Of a stretch of 64,000 nucleotides of DNA, positions 11,783 through 24,654 are shown piece by piece (the first letter of the stretch is position 1; every line of letters begins with the position of its first letter). Both the position numbers and the translations under genes were made by a program. Origin of the DNA: Squalus acanthias (taxonomy: Eukaryota); the NCBI GenBank assembly GCA_030390025.1, contig JASTWF010000070.1, positions 682,001-746,000 of the forward strand, read 5' to 3'. The notes beneath the pieces are model-generated. The model did no database searches. It was not told the DNA's origin and saw nothing but the letters and a program-made list of their open reading frames with translations.

Positions 11783-14700
11783 ATGTTCAAGGCAGCTTTT
11801 TCCCTGATCCTCATTGTCCACGTGTTCTGGCCTTACGGTGAGTGAGACACGGTTCCAAACTCCTAAATGGAATCAGCCAAAAACTGGAAACAATGGACTG
11901 TGTTTACTAAGTTGAAAATGTGACCGAGCTAACAACTTTTGGGCTGATATTTTCTTCCCCTCCCTATCTCTGTAACCTCCTCCAGCCCTGCAACCCTCCG
12001 AGATTTCGGCGCTCCTCCAATTCTGCCCTCTTGCGCAACCCCGATTTCCATCGCTCCACCATTGGCGGCCGTGCCTTCAGCTACCTGGACACTAAGCTCT
12101 GAAATTCCCTCCTTAAACCTCTCCACCTCTCTCTCCTCCTTTAAGACGATCCTCAGCACTTAGCTCTTTGACCAAGCTTTTGGTCACCTGTCCTAATATC
12201 TCTTTCTGTGGCTCGGTATCAAATTTGTGTAAAGCGCCTGGGGTCCTTTAATTACGTTAAAAGCGCTGTATCAAAGAAAGTTGTTGTTGATAATGTCGGT
12301 TTACTTTCTGGTTCTTCTATAAGGCGAAGTAAAGGCAAACTAGAGAATGGATATAACAAGCAATAACTGAAGGCAATAATGATGCTGTTCTTAAATTACA
12401 GGCGAGGTGTTTCAACGCGGCTTCTTTCTATCGCTCAATAATCAGTTCTAATGTAAAAATAATCCCTCTAGTTACAGAATCCCAGCCCATCCTGTCCCGG
12501 AGCCCCTTCACAGTGACAGCCGGAGTCGGCCAGTCGGTTGAATTGGAATGTCACCAGATTTCTGAAGTGGAATTTGTGAATAGCTATTTCTGGTACAAGC
12601 AGCGTGTGGGTGAAGCCCCGAGACTAATCGATATCCCATCCTGTAATCGGACCGATTGCAAGTTTACTTCTAAAAAAGGACACACCGAATATATACTGAT
12701 CCTGGAAATCCGCAATTTGCAGGTGGCTGACACCGGCTCCTATTACTGTGTTGATAGGGATAGCAATGCACCGCTCGGGAATGGATCCACACTGCTGGTT
12801 GGAGGTAAGAGCAAAACCAAATTGAATTCAGATCATGCACAGCAATATCATTCGGTGTAAAGTAAGAGTTAACTGTGTCCCAATCCCTGTCCAGACAGTT
12901 CCACACCCAAGACGGCTGTGCTGGTGTTTGCTCCGCCGGGGGAGCCGCATTTAAGGGGCACCGTCCCCTTGGTGTGTTTGGTCACTGGCATCTCCTCGAA
13001 CCAGATTGCTATTTACTGGAACGTTACCGGACAGTTGGCCGAGGGACCGAGCGATTCCGGTACACTGGACCCGGACGGGACCTACAGCATCAGAAGCCAT
13101 GTGATGGTCTCGGGGGAAGCCTGGAGAAGCGGCGGGGTCTGCACCTGTATTGTTGAGCTGGGTTCCAATGACAAATCTTGGGCCAAGAGCGTGTCGCGCC
13201 CCAAAACAGTGGCAGGTGAGTCTGTGATCTGTATAGCGAAGGTCAGCATTTAGCTTTAGCGTCAGTTGGAGTATTTCACTCGCTCCTAAGCGCCTGAAGT
13301 CTGTAATTAAAGCAACACCACGGGATTAGCATGAATATCTATATATCAGGAGAATAGTGCTGTCAGTTTGTTATAAAACACATTGAAATAAGCTACGGTC
13401 ACCCACCGTCCAAGGTCTTGTAAATACTTCCTCCGCTCTTGGCTGACTTTATATTTCTGCGGGTCATTTTAGAATCATAGAATGATGCTGCACAGAAGGA
13501 GGCCATTCGGCCCATCGTGCCTGTGCCGGCTCTTTGAAAGAGCTCTCCAAATGATCCCACTCTCCAGTGCTCTTTCCCCATAGCCCTTGCAGAATTTTCC
13601 CCTTCAAGTATTTATCCGATTCCCTTTTGAAAGTTATTAGTGAATCAGCTTCCACCGCCCTTTCAGGCAGCGCATCCTGGAATGGATTGGAGTGAACGCG
13701 CTTTCTGACCTGAAACTAGTCAAGAGATGGGGTGAAATAGTTGGCTGAACGCGTCTTCTGGCATCAGATGCTCGCTCATTTCCACCCGTTTATTTTCTCG
13801 TTTCCTGTTTTAAAGACCCGAACCCCACTTATCAACCCCACTTTCCCCGTGAAATATAATTTCATATAATCGGGTTATGAAGCTTCACTGAAATTGGGTA
13901 ATCGTTCCAGTTTATCACTCATAAAACATGTGGGGTGTTTGTGCACAAATCTTTGAAGGTGGCAGGAGAAGTCGAGAAGACTGTTAAAAATACATATGGG
14001 GTGCTTGGTTTATTAATAGAGGAATAGAGTACAGAAGCAAGGAAGTTATGCTAAACATTTATAAAGCAATGGTTGGGCCACAGCTGGAGTATAGTGTCTA
14101 ATTCTGGCCAAAACACTTTAGGAAGGATGTCAATTCCTTGGAGAGGGCAGAGAGGAGATTTCCTAGAATCGTAACAGGGATGAGGGACTTCAGTTATGTG
14201 GAGAGACTGGAGAAGCTGGGATTGATTGTTCTCCTTAGATGAGAGAAGGTTAAGAGGAGATTTCATAGAGGTGTTCAATCATGAATCATGAATGGTTCTG
14301 ATAGAATAAATAAGGAGAAACTTTTCCCATTGGCAGAAGGGTCGGTAACCAGATGACACGAATTTAAGGTGATTGGCAAAAGTACCAGAGACGACATGAG
14401 GCGACATTTTTTTACGCAGCGATTTGTTGTGATCTGGAACGCGCTGCCTGAAAGGGCGGTGGAAGCAGATTCAATAGTAACCTTCAAAAGAGAATTGGAT
14501 AAATACTTGAAGGGGTAACATTAACAGGGCTATGGGGAAAGAGAAGGGGGAGTGGGACTAATTGGGTAGCTCCACCAATGAGCCGGCACAGCCACGATGG
14601 GTTGAATGGTCTCCTTCTGTGCTGTAATCACTCTATGATTCAGTTCTGAAATAGGATGTTTTGATTGTGCGTTATTAAAATTATGGGGCAATACTGAGAT

Positions 14701-17700
14701 TAGCGTTTGTCAATTTACCAAAACCACCAAACTAGTGCAATTTATTCCATTTTGAGCTTTCAATTGACCAATATTAGTCGCATTGGCTGGTTTGTCCTTT
14801 CACACACCGGCTTTGATGCTCCTACATTGTAACTGGTTCAGGTTTCTCATCAGAGAATCCCAGAAAGTAATGAGTTGACCCAGCAGCATTTTCTAAGTGT
14901 TTCTCTCTGTAGGGTGGTGCATTCTGACCCTTCCCGTTGCAATAATTGTCTCGTTGAGCCTGGTTCTTGTATTGATCCTCATTTTCATTTGGAATCGTAA
15001 AAGCGGCAGATCAGGTGAGAATTTACGTTTATCAGGAATATTTTAATAAATGTTTGTTTAATGTGACTCCCTTCTCGAAGATTTCAATACTAATTACAGT
15101 TAACTGTTTCAGAAGAACGAGTCAAAAGACCCCACAAGGAAAGGTGAGTAACTGATCTATTTACAAACTTCCTCAGTAACAGTCTCACTCTAATTAATAC
15201 TGTGTCAGAACCATTCAACCCCAACTCCAATTTCAATATTTTCCAAGTTCTTTTAAGATTGATTCAAAGTCCATTCCACAATTCTGTTCTCGATATTTAT
15301 GGCACGTGACCAAGGACTTACAAGAAGTAATGCTTGTTTCATATTTTTGTTCGCATACAGTTTTAGTTTGAGAGAGAGAACGATAAGAACAGGAAGAAAT
15401 GAGCGACACTCAGGTGAGTTGGACTGAAATGTTGCTGCAGGTAGAACATCAATTGTGGGATATTTCAAAGATCAATCAGTGCATTTCCCGCCATGCAAAA
15501 GTCCTGCCATCGTGCTCATGTCTGCCGGACCTACAGAAAGCCTAATTATTGGTTATTAATGCTGACAATTATGTATCAGATCTACAATAGACGCCAGGCT
15601 CCGGGGGTGTATCATGCATGTCTATCCATTGGCGTATTGGGATACCATTGGCATATTGGGGTATCATTAGCATATTGCTGGACCATTGGCATATTGGTGG
15701 ACCATGGAAATATTAGGGGGCCATTGGCGCATGGTGCCTCTATAATTAATTATACATTAGCCAGAATTGATAATATTTAAATTCATATTCTTAACTGTTA
15801 ATACACAGATGACACCCGTCAAATGGAGGCGAAGCGGACACATCAGGGTGCAATACATGTAAGTAAGTTCATTGAACCTCTTGCAATAATATACAGGAAC
15901 TTGGTGATTTCTGGGATGGGTGCAAAATGCGGGATATTTCACGCAGTTGGCATTGAGCAGGTCATTGTGCAGATCATCTTAATTTGCAGCGAATCCCACT
16001 CGTTGCTCCAACTGGAAACAGAACATATCCCGCAGGCCTCTTCCCATCTGATAATAGAAAGGATTGGTTAATGTTCCGGGTAGAATGCCTTCACCAAAAT
16101 TTACTGCGGATTTTCAGCAGTTTCTGTTTCTATTTCAGATTTCCAGCATTTTGTTATTTTCTATTATTTTTTTCTCTACATTGAGTCCATGTCCACTCAC
16201 CCGACAAACCCCAGCTCCACCCCCCCCCCTCACCCCGCCCCCCGCACACCCCCGCCCCGCCAATCCGGCGGAGATACTGTTTTTAATATATTAGCACTGT
16301 AATTATTATGAAGATTCAGAAATAAGACGACACTCAGGAAAGTTTCACAGTTAAATCAAAATATATTTCTATGGTAAGTCGGCAAAGAAGGAAGCAGTTT
16401 GGATAGAATGTGACTGTGTGTGTGTGCGTATGAGAGTGCGTGTGAGTGTGTAAATGTGAGTGGGTGTGTGTGCGTGTGACTGTGTGTACATGTGAGAGTG
16501 CATGAGTGTGTGAGTGTCTGTGAGTGTGAGCGTGTAAGTGAGTGTGCGTGCGTGAGATTGTCAGCCTGGCTCATTGGGTAGCACTCTCGCCTCTGCGTCC
16601 GTAGGTCATGGGTTCAAGTACCACTCCAAGAGACTTGCGCAAAAAAATCTAGGTTGATGCTCCCAGTGCGGAACTGAGAGAGTGCCGCACTGTCGGAGGG
16701 GCAGTACTGAGGGAGCGCCGCACTGTCGGAGGGGCAGTACTGAGGGAGCGCCGCACTGTCGGAGGGGCAGTACTGAGGGAGCGCCGCACTGTCGGAGGGG
16801 CAGTACTGAGGGAGCGCCGCACTGTCGGAGGGGCAGTCCTGAGGGAGCGCCGCACTGTTGGAGGGGCGGTATTGAGGGAGCGCCGCACTGTTGGAGGGGC
16901 AGTACTGAGGGAGCGCTGCACTGTCGCAGGAGTCGTCTTTCAGATGAGATGTTCAATTGAGGCCGGGATGTGGACAGAAAAGAACTCACGCCACTATCTC
17001 GAAGAAGAGCAGAGAGTTCTCCCTGGTGTCCTGGGCCTATATTTATCCCTCAACCAACATCACTAAAAAACAGATGATCTGGTCATTATCCCATGGCTGT
17101 TTGAGGGAGCTTGCTGTACGCAGTTTGGCTGCCACGTGTCCTTCAGTGACTCCTCTTCAAAAGTGTTTATTTGGCTGTAAAGCGATTTGGGAGGTGCTAA
17201 GGTCATGAAAGGTGCTGCAGAAATGAAAGTATTGCTTTCTTTATGATGTGTGATGGCGTGTGTGTGTGATACTGTATGGGTATGATTGATTGTATGTGTG
17301 TCATTGAGTGTGAGTGTATTTGAGTGTGTTTAATTGAGTGTGTGTGTCTGATTCTGTGTGGGTATGATTGATTGTGTGTGTGTCTATGAGTGTGAATGTG
17401 AGTGTATTTGAGTGTGTGTATCTGTGTGTAATTAAGTGTGAGTGTGTGATTCTGCCTGGGCATGATTGATTGTGTGTGTGTATGTGTGTGTGTGTGATTG
17501 AGTGTCTGTGTGTGTAAATTTGTCTGTGTGTGATTGATTGTGTATGTGTGTGTGTGTGTGTGATTGAGTGTCTGTGTGTATGTGATTATGTCTGGGTATG
17601 GACCGAGACTCCAGGATGGTATGTTGCCTCCGTGGTGCAAGGGTCAAGGATGTCTCGGCGCGGGTGCAGAACATTCTGGAGGGGGAGGGGGAACAGCCAG

Positions 17701-20700
17701 TTGTCGTGATACATGTTGGTACCAACGACGTAGCTAAAAAAAGGGAAGAGGTCCTACAAGTAGAATTTAGGGAGTTAGGAGCCAAGCTAAAAAGTAGGAC
17801 CTCGAAGGTAGTAATCTCTGGATTACTACCAGTGCCACGTGCTAGTAAGAGTACAGAGAACAGGATAGTTAGGCTAAATACGTGGCTTGAGCAGTGGTGT
17901 AAGAGGGAGGGTTTTAAATTTTTGAGGCATTGGAACCAGTTTTGTGGTAGGTGTGACCTATACAAAAGGGACGGTCTACACCTGTGCAAAGATGGAACTG
18001 ATGTTCTCGGGGTAATTTTTGATAAAGCAGTTCGGGAGCATTTAAACTAGTATGGCAGGGGGCTAGAAACCTATGTAGTGAAATAGAGGAAAGTGAAAGG
18101 CAGACAGAAATAAATGGTAAAAGGGTGAGGAACAAAAAACAAAGGGCCAAACCAATTCATAAAAAATGTGAGCATAAAAAAAGCCTGAGGGTTTTATACC
18201 TTAATGCGAGAAGCATCAGGAACAAGGTAGATGAATTAGCTGTGGAAATAGAGGTTAATAATTATGATCTAATTGGGATTACGGAAACATGGTTGCAGGG
18301 TGAGCAGGGCTGGGAGCTTAACATACAGGGGTATTCAGTATTTAGGAAGGATCGACAAAAAAGAAAGGGAGGAGGGGTAGCATTGCTGGTAAAAGAAGGG
18401 ATAAATGCAATTGAAAGGAAGGATATTAACTCAGTTAATACAGAATCTATATGGGTGGAGCTAAGAAATAGCGAGGGGCGAAAAACATTAATAGGAGTGG
18501 TATATAGGCCTCCAAATAGTAAAATAGAGGTTGGGGAGGGCATCACGAGGGAAATTAGAGAAGCGTGCAATAAGAGCACAGCTGTCATCATAGGTGACTT
18601 TAACTTACATATAGATTGGAATAGCCTAATCAGTAAAAATAATGAGGAGGAGGAATTCCTTGAGTGTTTAAGGGATGGTTATCTGGATCAATATGTCGAG
18701 GAACCAACTCGGGAACAGGCTATATTGGACTGGGTACTGTGCAATGAGAAGGGACTAATTAGTAATCTTGTTGTACGGGGACCCTTGGGTCAGAGCGATC
18801 ATAACATGATCGATTTCTCACTCGAAATGGAGAGCGAAGAAATTGACTCAGATACTAAGGTCCTGAATTTAAACAAGGGGAATTATGATGCCATTAGACG
18901 GGAACTGAGTAGGTCTGATTGGACAACGTTCCTGGGAGGACTGGAGGTAGATAAACAATGGCAAGCATTTAAAGATAGAATGACAAAATTGCAAAAATTG
19001 TTTATACCAATCTGGCATAAAAGGAAATCTAAAAAGGTGACTCAACCGTGGATAACAGGGGAAATTAGAGACAGCATAAAATCCAAAGATAGGGCGTATA
19101 AAATAGCCAAAAAAAGCGCCAGGGCGGAAGATTGGGAACAGTTTAAGATAGAGCAAAGGAGGACAAAGGGCTTAATCAAGAGGGGCAAAATAGCTTACGA
19201 AAGCAAGCTGGCGGAAAATATAAAAACTAACTCCAAAAGCTTTTATAAGTATATCAAGAGGAAAAGACTGGTGAAAACCAAAGTTGGCCCATTGCAGTCA
19301 GATACGGGGGAATATATAACGGGAAATAAAGAAATGGCAGACCAACTAAATGCATACTTTGGGTCAGTCTTTACGAAGGAAGACACAAAAAACCTCCCTG
19401 GGATATCGGGAAAAATAGGGACATTTGCAAAGGAGGAACTGACGCAAGTCAATATCTCTAAGGATATGGTGTTAAGGAAGCTAAAGGGATTGAAGGCGGA
19501 CAAATCCCCAGGGCCTGATAACATGCATCCTAGGGTGCTGAAGGAGGTGGCCCTAGAGATAGCGGATGCACTAAGTATGATTTTTCAGAATTCATTAGAC
19601 TCGGGAACAGTGCCCATGGATTGGAGGGGAGCTAACGTTACCCCACTATTCAAAAAGGGGGGTAGGGAAAAAGCAGATAATTACAGACCTGTAAGCCTTA
19701 CATCAGTTGTGGGCAAAATGCTGGAGTCCATCATTAAGGATGAAATAGCGGAGCACTTAGCAAATGGGGACAGGATAGGACAGAGTCAACATGGATTTAC
19801 AAAGGGTAAATCGTGCTTGACTAATCTATTGGAATTTTTTGAGGGAGTAACTGGTAAAATAGATGGGGGAGAGCCAGTAGATGTGGTGTACCTGGACTTC
19901 CAAAAGGCCTTCGATAAGGTCCCACATAAAAGATTAGCAGGGAAAATTGAAGCTCATGGGATAAAGGGGAAAGTATTGACGTGGATAGAGAACTGGCTGT
20001 CAGATAGAAAACAGAGAGTTGGAATAAACGGCTCATTTTCTGAATGGCAGGCAGTAACAAGTGGGGTACCACAGGGATCTGTCCTGGGTCCCCAGCTGTT
20101 CACAATTTACATTAATGACCTGGATCAGGGAGTCGGATGCAGCATTTCCAAATTTGCAGACGACACTAAACTAGGAGGGGGGGTGGGCTCAGAGGAGGAG
20201 ACCAGGAAGCTCCAGAGCGATTTGGACAGACTGGGTGATTGGGCGGATAAATGGCAGATGCACTATAATGTGGACAAGTGCGAAGTTATCCACCTTGGGT
20301 GCAGGAACGGGAGGGCAAATTATTATTTAAATGGCAATAAATTGGGAGAGGGGGAAGTACAGAGAGACCTGGGTGTTCTTGTACACCAGTCACTGAAGGC
20401 GAGCATGCAGGTGCAACAGGCGGTCAAGAAGGCAAACGGTATGCTGGCCTTCATAGCAAAAGGGTTGGAATACAGGAACAGGGATACCTTGCTGCAGCTG
20501 TACAGGGCACTGGTGAGACCACACCTCGAGTACTGTGTACAGTTTTGGTCGCCTCATCTGAGGAAAGATGTTCTTGCCATGGAGGGGGTGCAGCGGCGAT
20601 TCACCAGGCTGATACCAGGAATGGCGGGATTGACCTATGAGGAGAGACTATGTAGTTTAGGTATGTACACACTGGAGTTTAGAAGATTGAGAGGGGACCT

Positions 20701-21100
20701 CATAGAAGTGTATAAAATTCTGACAGGTCTAGACAGACTAGATGCAGAAGGAATGTTTCCCTTGGCGGGTGAGAACAGAACTAGAGGACATAATTTAAGG
20801 ATAAGGGCTAAACCATTTAGGACAGAAATGAGGGGGAATTTCTTCACTCAGAGGGTGGTGAACCTGTGGAACTCATTGCCACAGAGGGCAGTGTACGCCA
20901 GCTCATTAAATATATTTAAGAGGGAATTAGATATATTTCTACAGGCAAAGGGGGTTAAGGGTTATGGAGAGAAGGCGGGGACGGGATACTGAATTGGAGG
21001 ATCAGCCATGATCTCATTAAATGGCGGAGCAGGCTCGAAGGGCCGGATGGCCTACTCCTGCTCCTATCTTCTATGTATCTATGTATCTATGTATCTATGT

Positions 21101-21144
<44 letters not shown>

Positions 21145-24100
21145 TGATTGAGTGTCTGTGTGTGTGTTATTAAGAACACAAGAACATAAGAAATAGGAGC
21201 ATGAGTCGGCCAATTGGCCCCTCGAGCCTGCTCCACCATTCAATAAGATCATGGCTGATCTGATCCCAACCGCCAATCTACTATCACAGAACCATCTCCT
21301 GAACCCAACAGAATTGGACACACGAAATAGGAGCAGGATCAGGCTACACGGCCCCTAGGCCCGCCACGCCACCCACAGGGCCATGACCGATCCGAACCCA
21401 GACTCATGTCCAAATTCCTGCCCGCTCCCCGTAAACCTTAATTCCCTTTACTTCTAGGAAACTGTCTATTTCTCTTTTAAATTTATGTAATGATGTAGCT
21501 TCTTCAGCTTTTTGGGGCAGCATATTCCATGGACCTACCACCCTCTGAGTGAAGTAGTTCCTTCTCATCTCAGTTTTGAAAGAGCAGCCCCTTATTCTAA
21601 GACTATGTCCCCTAGTTCTAGTCTCACCCGTCATCGGGAACATACTCCCCGCATCCACCCGATCCAACCCCTTCACAATCTTATATGTTTCAATAAGATC
21701 GCCTGTCATTCTTCTGAACTCCAATTGTCATTCTTCTGAACTCCAATGAGTAGAGTCCCAATCTACCCAAACTCTCCTCAAATGTCCATCCACTCATCCC
21801 CGGGATTAACCGAGTCAACCTTCTTTGTACTGCCTCGAGAGCAAGTATGTCTTTTCTTAAGTATGGACACCAAAACTGTATGCAGTATTCCAGGTGCGGT
21901 CTAACCAATACCCTGTACAACTGAAGCAATACCTCCCTATTTTTATATTCTATCCCCCTAGCAATGAAAGCCAACATTCCATTGGCCTTCTTAATCACTT
22001 GCTGCACCTGCATACTAACCTTTTGAGTTTCGTGCACCAGGACCCCCAGATTCCTTTGTACTTCAGTACTTTCCAGTTTCTTGCCATTAAGATAATATCT
22101 TGCTCTACTATTTTTCCTGCCAAAGTGCATAACCTCACACTTTCCAGCATTGTATTCCATCTGCCAAATCTCTGCCCACTTACTTAGCCTGTCTATGTCC
22201 CCTTGCAGATTTTTTATGGCCTCCTCACTCACTACTTTCCCTCCCATCTTAGTATCATCTGCAAACTTTGATATGTTACACTCGGTCCCCTCCTCCAAAT
22301 CGTTAATATAGATTGTAAAGAGTTGGGGACCCAGCACTGACCCCTGCGGAACACCACTAGTTACTGATTGCCAGTCTGAGAATGAACCATTTATCCCAAC
22401 TCTCTGCCTTCTGCTAGATAGCCAATCCTCTATCCATGCCAGAATATTACCCCCAATCCCGTGATTTTTTATCTTAAGCAATAATCTTTTGTGTGGCACC
22501 TTGTCAAATGCCTTTTGGAAGTCTAAATACGCCACATCCACTGGTTCCCCTTTATCCACCCTGTATGTTACTTCCTCAAAGAACTCCAGCAAATTTGTCA
22601 AACATGATTTCCCTTCATAAAACCATGCTGACTTTGTCCTCTTAAATTATGATTATCCAAATGTCCCGTTACTGTCTCCTTAATAATGGACTCCAAAATT
22701 TTACCTACCACAGATGTTAGGCTAACCGGTCTATAGTTTCCAGCCTTCTGTCTACTGCCCTTTTTAAATAAGGGTGTTACATTAGCAGTTTTCCAGTCTG
22801 CTGGGATCTTTGCTGAGTCCAGGGAGTTTTGGAAACTTATTACCAATGCCTACCGCCACTTCCCTCAAGACCCTAGGATGTAAGCCATCAGGTCCAGGTG
22901 ATTTATCCGCCTTGAGTCCCATTATTTGACCGAGTACCACTTCCTTAGTGATTTTGTTCGTGTTTAGCTCCTCTCTCCCTATAGCCCCCTGTTTGTCCAG
23001 TGTTGGGTTATTCTTAGTGTCCTCTACTGTAAAGACTGATACAAAATATCCATTCAGTGTATTCGCCATCTCCATATTTCCCACCATTAATTTCCCGGTC
23101 TCATCCTCGAGACACCCTTTTTCTTTTTATATAACTATAAAAACTCTTACTATCTGTTTTTATATTTTTTGCTAATTTGCTTTCATAATCTATCTTCCCT
23201 TTCTTAATCAATCTTTTTGTTATTTTTTGCTGTCTTTTAAAGTTTTCCCAATCCTCTATCCTCCCACTAGATTTGGCTACCTTATAGACCCTTGTTTTCG
23301 TCGAATACTATAATTAATTTATTTACTTAGCCACGGATGACTGTCTTTTCTTTTGCACCCTTTTCTTCTCAGTGGAATATATATTTTTTGGAAGTTGTAA
23401 AATAACTCCTTAAATGTACACCACTGATCATGTATCGTCTTACCCTTTAATCTATTTTCCCAATCCACTCTACTCAATTCTGCTCGCATACCTTCATAGT
23501 CTCCTTTATTCAAGCTTAGCACGCTTGTTTGAGATCCAACCTTCTCACCCTCTAATTGAATATGGAATTCAACCATGTTATGGTCACTCATTCCAATGGG
23601 ATCCTTTACTAGGACATTTTTTATTAATCCTGTCTCGTTGCACAGGACCAGATCTAAGGTTGCTTGCCCCCTGGTCGGTTCAGTTACATACTGCTCAAGA
23701 AACCCATCCTAATACACTCAATGAACTCATCCTCAAGGCATCCCTGCCCAATTTGATTTGTCCAATGAATATGATAGTTAAAATCCCCCATAATTAAAGA
23801 TGTTCCCTTATTACAAGCCTCAACTATTTCCTGATTGATACTCCGTCCAACAGAGTTGCAACTGTTCGGAGGCCTATAGACTACGCCCACTAGTGTTTTT
23901 TCCCCTTATTATTCCTTATCACCACCCAAACTGTTTCATTATCCTGATCTTTTGACCCAATATAATTTCTCTGTATTACAGTGATTCCTTCCTTTATTAA
24001 CATAGCCACCCCACCTCCCCTTCCTTCCTGCCTGTCCTTCCTGATCGCTAAATAACCTGCTATGTTTAAGTCCCAGGCATTGTCACCCTGCAGCCATGTT

Positions 24101-24583
24101 TCCGTAATGGCCACAAGATCATACCCATATGTAATCATTTGTGCCATTAACTCGTCTATTTTGTTACGAATGCTACGTGCATTCAGACAGAGAACTTTCA
24201 AATATGTTTTGTGACACTTAGTTCCTGCTTTTGCCCTTTTTATTACTTTACCTTTTACTCCATATCTTCTGCCCCTTCCTGGCACACTCTGGTTTTTAAT
24301 TTCTCCACTGCTACCTACGTCTATGACCTTCTCTGTTGTCATTTTTTATTATTTGCTCTCTAGGAACCTCACCCCAACTAGTTAGTTTAAAGCCCTCTCT
24401 ACAGCCCTAGTTATATGATCCGCCAGGACTCTAGTCCCAGCACTGGGCAAGTGAAGCCCGTCCCAATGGAACAGCTCCCTCCTGCCCCAGTACTGGTGCC
24501 AGTGTCCCAGGAAGCAAAACCCATTTCTCCCACACCAGTCTTTCAGCCACTCATTTAACTCTCTATTCTGTCTGGGTGTGATT

Positions 24584-24654
<71 letters not shown>

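Noticed and set aside
12472-13215. Calling genes A and B TCR chains or Ig light chains
   Set aside because: VJ in one exon without RSS, about 90-nt V-C introns, no charged TM residue, multi-exon tails with Tyr motifs
17203-17640. His/Thr-rich ORFs here and at 7772-8347 and 16356-16574
   Set aside because: Translations of CA/TG satellites
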